Assembly (NCBI GenBank): GCA_963816145.1
Contig: CAWFJP010000024.1
Location: forward strand, 1 to 64,000
Length of the DNA stretch: 64,000 bases
From: an uncultured delta proteobacterium
Lineage (GTDB): Bacteria; Desulfobacterota; Binatia; UBA9968
Reading direction: 5' to 3'
The notes below the pieces were generated by a model. It did not search any database and was not told the origin of the DNA. It saw nothing but the letters and a program-made list of their open reading frames with translations. How positions within the stretch are numbered: the first letter of the stretch is position 1; every line of letters begins with the position of its first letter. Shown here one piece after another: positions 51,363 to 63,125 of this stretch. The translations under genes and the position numbers were made by a program.

Positions 51363-52043
51363 CTAGCTCCGACCCCCGCGCCCGTATAAACTTACCAGAC
51401 GGGCCACCATCACCGCTAGAAACAGTTGACCGCCGACCCCTTCGACGATGGCCAGGCCGCGCGCCACATCGGTGCGCGGCACGATATCGCCGTAACCGAG
51501 CGTCGCCAGCGTCACAAAGCTGAAATAGAAAGCGCTCATGCGCGAAAAGTCGCCGGGCGCGGCGAACGTTCCCGGCCTCGTTTGCTCAAGCACCCAGTAG
51601 AGTAAGCCGAAAAAAATTCCCGCGAGCAAGTAAGCGCTGAGCGCAGCGTAGAGGTGTTCGGCATCGACCCGGGTTGCCCGCATGGCAAATCGCAAAGCGA
51701 AGCCGGCAGCGAGCAGGCCGATCAATATCCACAGTCCGAGCGTGGCGGCAGAGAGCAGCGGATGATCGAACCAGACCGTCACCGGCCGCGCCAACCAAAT
51801 CAAAGCAACGGCGAGCATAACGCCGGGTTTTCTCGCCTGGCCGATCGGGGTTACCGCGGCAAGCAGGCTCGCCGCCAGAAGGAAGTCGACCAGCGCGCCG
51901 GTAAAGCCCAAGGTGGTGATGAGCGGCAAGCCCCCCACGGTAAGCAAGAGCATATAAAACAGTATGGTGTATCGCCGGCGCAGATAACCTTGCGCGAAAC
52001 CGTGCAAACCGCCGGCGCGCGTATCGATCGCTGCGGACATCAC
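51363..52043 (-). CDS. Ion channel protein (K+ channel pore)
   Basis: YFSFVTLATLGYGDIVP; EGVGGQLFLAVMVARLV. Confidence 0.88.
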   Translation of the reverse strand: MMSAAIDTRAGGLHGFAQGYLRRRYTILFYMLLLTVGGLPLITTLGFTGALVDFLLAASLLAAVTPIGQARKPGVMLAVALIWLARPVTVWFDHPLLSAATLGLWILIGLLAAGFALRFAMRATRVDAEHLYAALSAYLLAGIFFGLLYWVLEQTRPGTFAAPGDFSRMSAFYFSFVTLATLGYGDIVPRTDVARGLAIVEGVGGQLFLAVMVARLVSLYGRGGRS

Positions 52044-52071
52044 GCTTTACTCCCCGTCGCGCCCAGGACGA

Positions 52072-52198
52072 CTGGATTGTTGGAGCACTGGAATGTTGGA
52101 AGGCTGGCGATTAAATGCATAACTCCCTTACTGCCGCACTCCATCGCTGCGTTTTGGCCGACCTCTCATTCCTTAACGGCTTGAACGTTTTGAACGTG
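52072..52198. repeat. Octamer/nonamer REP-like repeats
   Basis: tggattgt-tggagcac-tggaatgt-tggaaggc … actccc/actcca arms; ttgaacg repeats; related run at about 41597. Confidence 0.55.
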
Positions 52199-52208
52199 TT
52201 TTTTTATT

Positions 52209-53605
52209 TTACGGTTGCCATCCGCCACCGAGGGCGCGGTACAGTTGGACCACACCGATGAGTTGCAAACCGCGCGCTCTTGCCAGTTCGAGCTCGGCAT
52301 TGAAGAGATCCTGATCAGCGATCAAAACCTCGAGATAGTTCGAGAAACCGGCGTCGTAGCGCAGCCGCGAAAGACGGCTGGAATTTTGCAACGCGGCCAC
52401 CTCCGATTCTTTCTCGGCCCGCAGGTCCTTAAGCTTGTCAAGGCTGACCAACGCATCGGCGACCTCGCGGAAGCCGTTTTGCGCGGCCTTCTCGTATTGC
52501 GCGAGCGCCTGGTCAAAGCGCGCCTTGGTTCCTTCATAGTTCCAGAATAGACGCCAGCCCTGGAAAATCGGTTGGAAAAAACCGCCGGCAACCGACCAAA
52601 TCTGCGCCCGCTTGTCGAAGATGTTGGAGAAGTCGTGACTGTTGCCGCCAAGCGCGCCGCTCATGGAGAAATTGGGAAAGAACAGTGCCTTCGCCGCGCC
52701 GATATTGGCGTTGGCGGCCACCAGCAACTGCTCAGCGCTTTGCACGTCAGGCCGCCGTTCGAGCAACGCCGACGGCAAGCCGGCGGGAATGGCGGGCGGA
52801 TAATATTCGTCGGTCAACACGGCGCCGCGCGGAATCGCGCCGGGATTGCGCGCGAGCAGAAAATTGATCAGGTTTTCCTGCTGGGCGATGCGCCGTTCGA
52901 GATCGGGAATCACCGCCGCGGTGCGGGCGCGATTGGCCACCGCCTGTTCCACTTCGAGCCGGTTGGAAACCCCGGTTTCATAGCGGCTGCGGTAAAACCG
53001 CACCGTGTCGTCATTGAGCTTGAGCGTGCGTCTGGTGATCTCAAGCTCGAGATCGAGCTCACGCAAAAGTAAATAAAACTGCGCCACATCGCCAACTAGC
53101 GCGATGTAGACGCCGCGCCGGTCCATTTCGCTGGCCTCGTAGACGGCTTTGGCAGCTTCCGCTTCGCGGCGGATCCGGCCGAAGACATCGACCTCCCACA
53201 CCATGCCGAACCCGCCGAACCAGTTTTGCCATGAGCGGTTGGCGCCGTCGGATTGGGAAGGATCGGTGGCCCGGGAAACCTGCTGGGCGCTGCCGCCGCT
53301 GTTAAGGTTAAAGCTCGGGTAAAGAAACGAGCGCGAAACGCCAACCTGCGCCCTCGCCTCTTCCACCCGCGCGGCGGCGGTGCGCAGATCATAGTTGTTC
53401 TTCAACGCTTCGCGGATCAGCTCCTGCAGCACCGGATCCCTGAAGATTTCCCACCACGGCATATCGGCCAGCGAATCGGCCGCCGGCGTTCCTTGCAGGC
53501 CGCGGTAATTCTCCGGGGTCGATACTGACGGACGCTGGTAGTCCGGACCCAGCGTGCAACCGGTGAAATACAAGAAATAAGACCAGCGCAATCCGTAACG
53601 CCATG
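52209..53605 (-). CDS. RND efflux outer-membrane lipoprotein (NodT family)
   Basis: TGCTLGPDY; LLERRPDV; LYRALGGGW; possible frameshift in the signal peptide. Confidence 0.9.
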
Positions 53606-56600
53606 TTAGTGAGGTCCTCCTGACGGATTGTGAGCTTCGGAAGGAGCGGCGTGAATCTCGGCCGGTCCGGGCGCAGGGCTTTTCTTCTTCGCGAAGCGAC
53701 GAATTACGTCGTAAAACACCGGTGTAAAGACCAGACCGAAGAAAGTTACACCGAGCATGCCGCTGAAGACCGCCACGCCCAAGGCAAAGCGCATCTCAGC
53801 GCCGGCTCCTTTGGCGACGACCAGCGGCACCACGCCGAGGATGAAAGCGAACGCAGTCATGAGAATCGGCCGCAGGCGCACGCGCGAGGCTTCGACCACG
53901 GCGTCGACGCGGCTCTTGCCCTCGTCTTCGAGCTGCTTGGAAAACTCGACGACGAGAATGGCGTTTTTAGCGGCCAGACCGATCAGTGTGATCAGACCGA
54001 TTTGGGTAAAAATGCTGTTATCGAGTTTCATAAAGTTGACGCCGATTAATGCGGCCAACAGACACATCGGCACGATCAGCAGAATGGCAAAGGGCAACGA
54101 CCAGCTTTCGTATTGCCCCGCCAGAACCATAAAGACGAACAGCACGGATAACGGGAATATGATCTTGGTCAGGAAATCCTTCTCGGCGAGGATCTGCTGC
54201 AGCGACAGCTCGGTCCACTCGAAGCCCAACCCGGACGAGAGCTGCTCGCCCACCAACTTCTCGCTGGTAGTGATCAGTTGGCCGGAGCTCACTCCAGGCG
54301 CTGGAATAATATTCACCTCGGCGGAAGGATAAATGTTGTAATGGTTGACGATCGCCGGGCCGCTGGTGGTTTTAACTTTGATAAACGTGTCCAGAGGCAC
54401 GCGGTCACCGGCGCCATTGCGCACTTCCAACCGGCCTATGTCCGGTGTTTTATCGCGAAAGCTCGGATCGGCCTGCACGTTGACCTGCCAGTTGCGCCCT
54501 TGGAAGGAAAAATCGTTGACGTAAATCGAGCCGAGATAAGTCTGTAATGTCGTATTGATCTCGTCGAGAGAGACATTTTGCGCCTTGGCTTTTTCACGAT
54601 CGATATCGACAAACAGTTGCGGCTGGGTGACGCCGAAGGAAGTGAACATACCGGCAAAGGTCGGATCGCGCTGGCCCGCTTCGACGATCGATTGGACACC
54701 ACCCTCCAAGGTCCTCAGTCCGGCGGCGCGCCGGTCTTGAACGTGGAGTTTCGATCCACCCGTGGCGCCTAGCCCATCGATCGGCGGGGCGTTGAAGATG
54801 CCGATGCGAGCTTCCTGGAAGCCGGCAAGTTTCTTGCGCAACTCCACGGCAATCTCGTTGGCCCCCAGTCCCGGGATACCGGCGCGCTCTTCGAAGGGAT
54901 CGAGGATCACGAACATGCCGCCGATGTTGCTGATGTTGGTGCCCAGCAAGATTGAATAACCCGGCACGTCGATTGAGTAAGCGACGCCCTTGGTTTTGCG
55001 CGCCACTTCGCTGATCTGCGCGATCATCTTATCGGTGCGCTCCAGGCTGGCGCCTTCCGGCAGCTGGGCGTTGAGAACCAAATAACCCTTGTCTTGTTCC
55101 GGGATAAAGCCCTTGGGCGTTACGTTGAAGCCCCAGACCGTCAGCGCCAACAGACCGCCGTAAATAACCAGCACGATAAAACCGACCCGCACGAGGCTGC
55201 GCACGATCTTACCGTAGCCGTTGGCGAGACGATCGAAAAAGCGGTTGAACACGCCGAGAAACAAACCGATGCCATGGTTGATCGGGCTCCTGAACATCCA
55301 GCCCACCCCGGTGCCCACTGCGAACACGCCGAGACGCACCGCCCAAAGACCCCATTGCGAAGTTTGGTGCACCGCTTCGGCTTCGGCGCCGTGAGCCGGC
55401 GCAGCCATGCCCAGGAGCGCCAGCACATGGGGCGTGACATAGTGATAGACGATAAAACCGACGAGGGCGGCAATCCCCTGCGGCGGCAGGGCATCGCGGT
55501 GATGTCCCGGGGTGTGCGGCTTGATCAATGTAACGGCGCGCGCCGGCGCCATGGTCATCGCGTTGATCGCCGAGATAATGACTGAAACCGCTATGGTCAA
55601 AGCGAATTGCCGGTAGAACTGTCCCGATATTCCCGCCAAAAACGCGGTCGGCACGAACACCGAGCTCAACACCAGCGTGATCGCGATGACCGGCCCGGTA
55701 ATCTCGTCCATCGCCTTGATGGTCGCTTCGCGCGCCGGCATCCCCGTGGACATCCATCGTTCGATGTTTTCGACGACGACAATGGCATCGTCGACGACAA
55801 TGCCGATCGCCAGAACCAGACCGAATAGCGTCAGGTTGTTGAGCGAAAATCCCATCACCGCCATTATCGCGAGCGTGCCGATCAGCGACACCGGCACGTC
55901 GATCATCGGCATCAGCGTCGCGCGCCAATCGCCCAAGAAAATCAGCACGACGATAAACACCAGCACAAAAGCTTCGAACAAAGTCTTGTAAACCTCGTGC
56001 ACCGATTCGTTGACAAACACCGTCGTATCGTAAACGATCCGGTACTCGACTCCTTCAGGGAACCGGCTCTTCAGTTCCGCCATCTTGGCTTTAATCTGCT
56101 CGGCGGTCTCGAAGAGCGTTGGCGCCGGGCAATTGAAAAACCGCCAGGGTTGCGGCCGGCAACCTGTTCTCTTTGGAGCCGAGGTAGCTATTGACGTCGT
56201 AGTTCTTGGCGCCGAGCTCGATGCCGCGCAGAATCATCTTGCCGTCTTTGTCGTATTTGCTGTCGCTGACGACGTCGCGCAAATAGACGATCTGCCCCTG
56301 TTTGCCGGTCTTGATGATAATGTTGTCGAACTGCTCTTCAGCGGTGAACCGGCCTTGGGTATTGATCGGCAACTGGAACGGCACCGACGAGCCCTGGGGC
56401 ACCGGCGGCTGGCCGATGCGGCCGGCGGCCACCTGCACGTTTTGCTCTTTGATCGCGCTAATGACATCGCTCGCGGTCATTTGACGGGAAGCGAGTTTGG
56501 TCGGGTCGAGCCAGACGCGCATGCTGTAGTCGCGCGCGCCGAGGAAAGTCACGTCGCCGACGCCTTTCACGCGCGCCAGATCGTCCTTGATATTCAAGGT

Positions 56601-57074
56601 GGCGAAGTTGCTCAGATAGAGTTGATCGTAGCGCCCGTTGGGAGAGACCAAATTAACCACGAGCAGGATGCTTGGCGATTTTTTCTTGGTCGAGATGCCG
56701 AGCCGTTTGACCTCTTCGGGCAGCTTCGCTTCGGCGATCGCGACGCGGTTTTGCACCAGCACTTGCGCGGCGTCGAGATCGGTCCCGAGCTCGAAGGTCA
56801 CATCGAGCGTCAACTGGCCGTCGTTGGTGCTGCGCGAAAACATGTAGAGCATGCGCTCGACGCCGTTCACCTCTTGTTCGATCGGCTGGGCGACGGTCTC
56901 GGCGACCGTGACGGCGTTGGCGCCCGGGTACGTCGCTGTCACCTGAATTGTCGGCGGCACGACTTCGGGATACTGCGAAATCGGCAGCTGCGTCAGCGCC
57001 ACCAATCCGATGAGAACGATCACCAAAGAAAGAACCGTTGCGAAAATCGGACGGTCAACAAAAAATTCGGCCAT
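53606..57074 (-). CDS. HAE1 RND efflux permease, frameshifted at about 56110
   Basis: FFVDRPIFA; GIVVDDAIVVVEN; GLAAKNAIL; RLRPILMT. Confidence 0.92.
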
Positions 57075-57109
57075 AGCTGGACTCTCTATTATTTACCGGC
57101 AAAGGGTCA

Positions 57110-58390
57110 TTAATGGGCTTTGGCCGCCGGAGCCGGTTGAGGCTCAGTGGTTTTGGCCTGGGCGATCGGCTTGCCTGAATTGTCCATCGGTTCGACCGGG
57201 TTGTTGATGCGCGCGCGTTGCAGACCGTTAACGATTACCCAATCGTTCGGCTTGATTTCCTGGCCTTTATCCGCGGCGCTTGCGACCCGCATGCCGTCTT
57301 CGAGCAATCGTCCGGGTTTGATGTCGCGCCGGAAAACTACATTCTGATCATTGATCAGTAACAAATATTTTTTGTCCTGGTCGGTAAGAACGGCGGTATC
57401 CGGAACCAACACCGCCTGGTAAGCGTCGCCGAACGGGATGCGCACCCGCACGCGGGACCCGGGAACGAAACGGCCCTGCGGATTGGCCACCACCCCGCGC
57501 ACCTGGATGGTTCCGGTCGCGTTATCGACGCGGTTATTGGCGAAATCCAGCACACCTTTGTTCGGGAAGCCGTCGTCGCTGTCGAGGCCGAAGTTGAAGG
57601 GAAACTTGGGCGGGGCGCCGGTCTTTTGCCGCGCCCTTTCCTGATTAGTTTTCATGTAGCGCTGCAGCGAGCGCTCATCGATATTGAAATAGAGAAAAAT
57701 CGGGTCAATCGACACAATGGTCGTTAGAACCGGATCATTACCGCCGGCGCTTACCAGATTGCCGACCGTCAGCTGCGCTCGGCTGACCCTGCCGCCGATC
57801 GGCGCGGTAATCCGCGCGTATTCGACATCCAACTCTTTGCGCGTGATCTCCTGCCTCGCCGCTTCCACCTGGGCTGCCAGGGATAATGCGCGCGCTTCGG
57901 ACTTATCGGCTTCGGTCTTGCTGACCGCGCCTTCGCCGACCAGTTGTTTCATGCGCTCGTAATCCCGGTCCGCGGCGACTTTCTGCGCTTCTACGACCCG
58001 GAGCTCGTCACGGGCGCGCCCGACCTCGGCTTCGAACGGCCGCGGGTCGAGCTGGAACAGCAAGTCGCCCTTCTTGACGATTTGACCGTCGGTAAAGCCG
58101 ATCTTGGCGATATGGCCGCGCACCCGCGAACGCAGGTCGACATTCTCCGCGGCTTCGAGCCAGCCGTTGTAATTGTCCTCGTCGACCAGGGTGCGGGTTT
58201 CCGGATGGGCCACCGTAACCTTGGGCGGCGCCGGTGGCGGCGCCTCGGTTTTCTTCGAGCACGCAACCCCGGCCGCCAGAAAAAGACCGGCGATCAGCGC
58301 CGCCGGCTTGCCACGCCAGCGCTTGTCCCAGAAGTTAACATTTTTGGCATTCACAGTGATCCCCCAAATTTTGGCATAGTGCGGTTTCAT
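57110..58390 (-). CDS. RND membrane fusion protein
   Basis: VACS lipobox; VDLRSRVRG; ITAPIGGRV; VDNATGTI. Confidence 0.92.
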   Translation of the reverse strand: MKPHYAKIWGITVNAKNVNFWDKRWRGKPAALIAGLFLAAGVACSKKTEAPPPAPPKVTVAHPETRTLVDEDNYNGWLEAAENVDLRSRVRGHIAKIGFTDGQIVKKGDLLFQLDPRPFEAEVGRARDELRVVEAQKVAADRDYERMKQLVGEGAVSKTEADKSEARALSLAAQVEAARQEITRKELDVEYARITAPIGGRVSRAQLTVGNLVSAGGNDPVLTTIVSIDPIFLYFNIDERSLQRYMKTNQERARQKTGAPPKFPFNFGLDSDDGFPNKGVLDFANNRVDNATGTIQVRGVVANPQGRFVPGSRVRVRIPFGDAYQAVLVPDTAVLTDQDKKYLLLINDQNVVFRRDIKPGRLLEDGMRVASAADKGQEIKPNDWVIVNGLQRARINNPVEPMDNSGKPIAQAKTTEPQPAPAAKAH

Positions 58391-58547
58391 ATCTCAGACA
58401 GCTCTTTATCGATCGAAGCCGATCACGGCGCGTTAAGTCGCCGCGGCTTGCTGCCGGGTGGTTCACTCTTAGAGCTCCCCCGGCATAGGCAAAACCTCGA
58501 CTTCTTGTAATTAACGATATTTATTATCGAATTTCTTCGACACTGTA

Positions 58548-58567
58548 CATTGGACCTTAGTCCAATG
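58548..58567. promoter_or_regulatory. Palindromic regulator site upstream of the RND operon
   Basis: cattggac-ctta-gtccaatg, perfect; GATAAT/TAATAA about 20 nt downstream on -. Confidence 0.8.
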
Positions 58568-58636
58568 CCACGGTGCCGGATACCACTCCAACAATGATTT
58601 TGCTCGAAGAACTCATCGAAGGGTTATTCGAAATAA

Positions 58637-59005
58637 CTAGCGGCTATCCGCCTCGAGCCAGGCGCGGGCTTTGGCGAGATCCTCGGTAAGAAAATATTCC
58701 ACCGCAGCTTGACGGAAACCTTTGGCGAGAAACGCCTCGGCAAAATCCCGCCATTTCTCGTCGCCGACAACTGCGATCTTGGAGATATCGCCATCGTGCT
58801 CGGTCAAAAAAGTGATATCGCCCCAATCCCCTGCCCGCGCCCATCCATTAAAATTTTCCAGAATGAAGAGCGCGCTGATCTTGCCGCAGCGCCCGATCGC
58901 CGCCAGGGCTGCGGCTTGCATCTGGCTCACCTCGCTCTTGGTCAGTTCGCCGTTAATCTTGGCGCTGATAATCGGCCCGGACGCGTCGATGATGGTAAAT
59001 GCCAT
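58637..59005 (-). CDS. STAS/SEC14 (SpoIIAA-like) protein
   Basis: INGELTKSE…FNGW…KIAVVGDEKW…ARAWL. Confidence 0.85.
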   Translation of the reverse strand: MAFTIIDASGPIISAKINGELTKSEVSQMQAAALAAIGRCGKISALFILENFNGWARAGDWGDITFLTEHDGDISKIAVVGDEKWRDFAEAFLAKGFRQAAVEYFLTEDLAKARAWLEADSR

Positions 59006-59025
59006 TGTGCTCTCCGTTTGAATTT

Positions 59026-60457
59026 TTACAGCGACGAAAAATCGTAGTTAAGAATAAATCGATAATTGTGTCTGGCTGTCTTTGGGGTTTTGATACTGAT
59101 GCACCCTCGCATAACGGAAGCGCCACGAGAAGCCCTTGAGAAAACTCCACTTGGGACGCCATTGGAAATCGGCGTCAAATTCGTTTTCGTCAGGCACGCC
59201 GTTCTTCGTCGACGGATTGACTCTGCCCCAGCCATGGACAAAAAGCACGGAGGTCGACACGCCTTCGAGACCGAGGCGGGAGAAGTCGTAGGATAATTTG
59301 GTGATCAGGGCCTGTTCTTTAGCGCGATTGAAATCCTGCACCTGGACGGCGGTGTAGCCGGGATAACCGCTCCAGGGATTTTGCATATCCTGCCGGCGCA
59401 TCGTATCCGAGTAACCGAGCGTGAACACCGCGCCGCCATAACTCACGTCGGCCTTCACGCCAATCTGATCGCCAAGGAACGATTGGCCATTCAAGAGATT
59501 TTCCCCGACGCTGCGCTGATCGGTAAATTGAAATGACAATAAGGCGCCGATATCCTTGGTGATGGGAAAACTGTACTTGGTCTCGGTGTAGAAAATATTG
59601 ATGATGTCGTTGGAAAAATAGTTGACGGCGCCGAGGGAAAATTTACCGTAGGTGAACGTGCCGCCCGCCACTGCGACGCCGCGTTTGACGTCGGCGCCGG
59701 CGTCTTTCGACATCCAAATGAAGTCGTCAGCATTCTCGCTTTTTGATCTTGGTGATATAGCCGGTGCCGTAACGGAATCCCGGCGCGCCGTCTTTGCCGC
59801 CGAACGATCCGGTTCAGCGTGTAGCCTTCAAACGTGTTCGGCGTCATCCGGATGTCGTCTTTGCCGATGAACGGCGTGTTGTATTCATAGCGATACAGAT
59901 TCACGACGTGATCTTCGAAAAGTTTTACCCGGCCGTAGGCCTGGCCCAACACGCTGTAACCATGCTGACCCGGCTTGAGCAGCAGCGTGCCATCCTTATC
60001 CTGCGGACCGTAGAGCCGGTTGGACCAATAGAAAGTCGTGCCGACCTGAATTCGATCGAGCAGCCAGCCGGACTTGTACGCGAGCGCGCCGCCAAACGCC
60101 CAGGCCGCGCTGACATCGTCGCCGTATTTGTCGCGCTGCAAGTAGAAACTGCGCAGATTGAGGTCGAGCTTGGTATCGCGAAAGAAAGCTGGGGTGTCTT
60201 CTAATTGATCCTTGAGCCAGGGGAAGAAACCCGGCGCGGCGAATTCCGTTCAAGAAAGGAGCGCTCGATGGGCGTAGTAATTTCATCGACTGCACGAGGG
60301 CGTCGGCTCTTCCTGTGAAATCACGTCTTGCGCGAAGCTCTCGGATCCGCACCGAACAGCAGCGAGACGAGAAAAGTTATTGTCTCGAGCCGGAACGAGG
60401 CGAACCAGACCCACTCCTCCCCACGGGACTGTATAGTGCTCCTTGATCTTCTTTCAT
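59026..60457 (-). CDS. OprD-family outer-membrane porin, several frameshifts
   Basis: FFRDTKLDLNLRSFY; AWAFGGALAYKSGW; RMTPNTFE; NPWSGYPGYT..QVQDFNRA; C-terminus NYRFILNYDF. Confidence 0.8.
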
Positions 60458-60484
60458 ACGCTCACCTCCGTCAAATGTGAGAAC

Positions 60485-61297
60485 TTACCTTTGCTCCTCC
60501 CACACCAGCGGCGGGCTGCTGCCAATCGAATCGAATCGGCAAGAACCCGCAACAAGAAATGTCGTCCCGATCGCAATCAGGGCGGCGCGTTGAACATCAA
60601 AATCGCGCCACCAGAATGAGAAAGACAAACACGATGGCGCCGACCACGGCCGTCAACGCGTAAAACTGACCAGGTTTAAACAGCAGCGGAACTTCCCTTG
60701 TCAGCACATCGCGGAGCAGACCGCCGCCGGAGGCGTTGACAGCGCCGACCAGAATGGCCGCACCGATCGGCAAGCCGTGATCGAGAGATTTCTGCGCGCC
60801 GACCACGGCGTAAATGCCCAGGCCGAGCGCGTCGACAAGCGATAAAACCATGATGTAGGTCTTGGCCAAGCGATCTTCAAGATTGAGGCGCTCGAAAACG
60901 CTCCGGGGGCCGCTTTCTCTTCCTTCCAAAGGAGTCGTATGTGGCGATTTGACCAAAGGCAGCACGAATCATCGTTACTGGGCGTCGGCACGACGCTAAG
61001 TATGCGCCGCACCGGCGGCACGATGCGGCCGATTACGATTGTTCCGATCACCGCCACCGTAACCACCTGGAGATAATAAACATTGGTGATCGCAACCGGT
61101 GGTCCGACGGAGATAAAAATTCCGTCGCGAATCAGTCCGCCGCCGAGTGCCGCGGCAAACGCCAAGACAAAAACCCCGATGATGTCGTAATGGCGCCGCA
61201 TGCCGGCCAAAGTGCCGGTGATCGCGAACAAGAACGTCGCCGTCAAATCGAACGCCACCGGAAGGTGGAATTCGCCGCTTAAAGTGACAGCTCCCAT
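60485..61297 (-). CDS. Trimeric intracellular cation channel (TRIC/YadS, UPF0126) protein, frameshifted
   Basis: ALGGGLIRD and ASGGGLLRDVL repeats; DALGLG. Confidence 0.8.
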
Positions 61298-61301
61298 GGG
61301 C

Positions 61302-63005
61302 TCAGTTTCCCGCCGACATCAAGGCGACGATGACGGGACCCCAGGCGGTGAGCACGATATTTCCGACGGCGTACGGCACCGTGTAACCCAACGCGGGGAT
61401 CTTGCTTTGCGCCTCGTCCTGGATGGCGCGCAGCGCGGCGGTCATCGTGCCCGCCCCGGAGCAGGCGCCCAAGAGGATCACCGGATTCATCTTCAAGACG
61501 TATCGACCGAAGAGAATCGCCACCAAATGGGGCAACAGAGCCGCGATAAAACCGACGAAGACCAGGCTGATGCCCGACTTCTGCAGGCCGGAAATAAAGC
61601 TCGGCCCCGCAGTCAAGCCAACCACGCCGATGAAGACGCTCAAACCGACCATGTCAAAAACCCACATCGCGGCTTCGGGAATCCGGCCGAACGCGGGAAA
61701 TACCGAGCGCAGCCAACCGAACACCAGCCCCATGATGAGAGCGCCGCCGCTGGCGGTGAGCGTGATCGGCAGCCCGGCGACAGTCACAGTAAGCAGGCCG
61801 ACGAGCCCGCCAAGCACGATGCCGCTGCCGACGAAAACCATGTCGGTCGCAGTGGTCGGCCAGTCGGCGTAGCCCAGCGCGGCCACGGCGCGATCGACAT
61901 CGCGTTTGGCGCCGGCAAGACTGAGCAGATCGCCGCGGTCCAGTTGGGTCGTCAGGGTAATCGGAATCTCCTGCCCGGCGCGCGTGAGCTTGCGCAAAAA
62001 GACGCCGCGGAATTGCGTCGGCCAGGGCTCCACCTTTACCAAATCCTCCATCGTTTTGCCGTAGAGAGCCTTGTTCGTCATCACCACATCCAAAACTTCG
62101 ACGGGAAAATCGAGCAGCTCTTTGTCGTCGACTTCTGGGCCGACGACGCTGCTGCGCTCGACAAGGACTTCCGTCCGCCCCATCACTACGATCACATCTT
62201 CGCGTTGAATGACCGTGTTAGGCTCGGCCTCGATGATCGCACCGGCGCGGCGGATGCGCTGAATAAAGATCCGAACATCCTTGGGCATCGCTTCGATCTC
62301 TGCGATGCTTTTATTGACGAGCCGTTCGTTGCTCACACGGTAGGCGCGCACATCGAAGGAGCGCGAGGGAGAAATGATTCCAGGCTGCGCTTCTGTTCCG
62401 CCCGACGCCTGCGCCTGCATTTTTTTCGCCTCGTCCTTGAGATTGATCCCCATCAACTTCGGCCCAATGTTCGGCAGGAACCAAACCACCGCTGTGGTTC
62501 CGACCAGATAAGTTACGGCATAAGCGACCGGAATATTATTGAGCAGACGCGCCTTCTCTTCCGCCGAAATCGCCAGGCGATTGATGGCATCACCCGCCGT
62601 GCCGATCACCGTCGACTCGGTAAACGCTCCAGCCAGCAGGCCGGCTGCGGTGCCGATGTCGTAGCCAAGCAGCTTGGCGGCGACGAAAGCGGTCGCCAGA
62701 CAAGTGGTGCAGAGCACTAATGTGAGCGCCATTTGCGACAGCGCATCTTTCTTGAGGCCGCGGAAGAATTGCGGCCCGACTTTGTACCCGGTGGTAAATA
62801 GGAAGAGATCGAAAAAAACCGTCTTGACGAGCGACGGGACCTTGATGTCGAGCTGGCCGATGATAACGCCGGCGAATAGTGTGCCTACCACCGTTCCAAG
62901 ACTGAAACCGCCGATCTTCACGCGACCGATCGCGAAGCCGACGGCGAGCGCGAGGAAGATCGCTAGTTCCGGATTTTGCTGCAAGGCTTTGATGAAATAA
63001 TCCAT
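61302..63005 (-). CDS. aspT: Aspartate:alanine antiporter
   Basis: GYKVGPQFF; TESTVIGTA; two TrkA-C-like domains; LGYTVPYAVGN; adjacent to aspD. Confidence 0.92.
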   Translation of the reverse strand: MDYFIKALQQNPELAIFLALAVGFAIGRVKIGGFSLGTVVGTLFAGVIIGQLDIKVPSLVKTVFFDLFLFTTGYKVGPQFFRGLKKDALSQMALTLVLCTTCLATAFVAAKLLGYDIGTAAGLLAGAFTESTVIGTAGDAINRLAISAEEKARLLNNIPVAYAVTYLVGTTAVVWFLPNIGPKLMGINLKDEAKKMQAQASGGTEAQPGIISPSRSFDVRAYRVSNERLVNKSIAEIEAMPKDVRIFIQRIRRAGAIIEAEPNTVIQREDVIVVMGRTEVLVERSSVVGPEVDDKELLDFPVEVLDVVMTNKALYGKTMEDLVKVEPWPTQFRGVFLRKLTRAGQEIPITLTTQLDRGDLLSLAGAKRDVDRAVAALGYADWPTTATDMVFVGSGIVLGGLVGLLTVTVAGLPITLTASGGALIMGLVFGWLRSVFPAFGRIPEAAMWVFDMVGLSVFIGVVGLTAGPSFISGLQKSGISLVFVGFIAALLPHLVAILFGRYVLKMNPVILLGACSGAGTMTAALRAIQDEAQSKIPALGYTVPYAVGNIVLTAWGPVIVALMSAGN

Positions 63006-63125
63006 ACTTGTTGTCTCCTGCTGGTCATGCTCACTTCATCTTCGCATGCAATATCCTCAACGGTTTTACGGCAAATTCCCGTTGATCTCCTTGGCGCCCT
63101 CGCGCGCTGGCCGGCGCTAGGCAAG

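Noticed and set aside
56085-56120. Programmed frameshifting in the RND and other split genes
   Set aside because: No slippery heptamer with a downstream structure was seen, and there are too many unrelated cases; error or decay is more parsimonious.
3017-58567. The palindromes as CRISPR repeats or integron attC sites
   Set aside because: Spacing is irregular on a kb scale, no GTTRRRY/RYYYAAC box architecture was seen, there is no integrase, and the sites sit at promoters.
61200-62720. 506-aa plus-strand ORF (likewise 8664..9767, 11123..12358 and 30930..32258)
   Set aside because: Antisense shadows of well-supported minus-strand genes in GC-rich DNA; no recognisable motifs.
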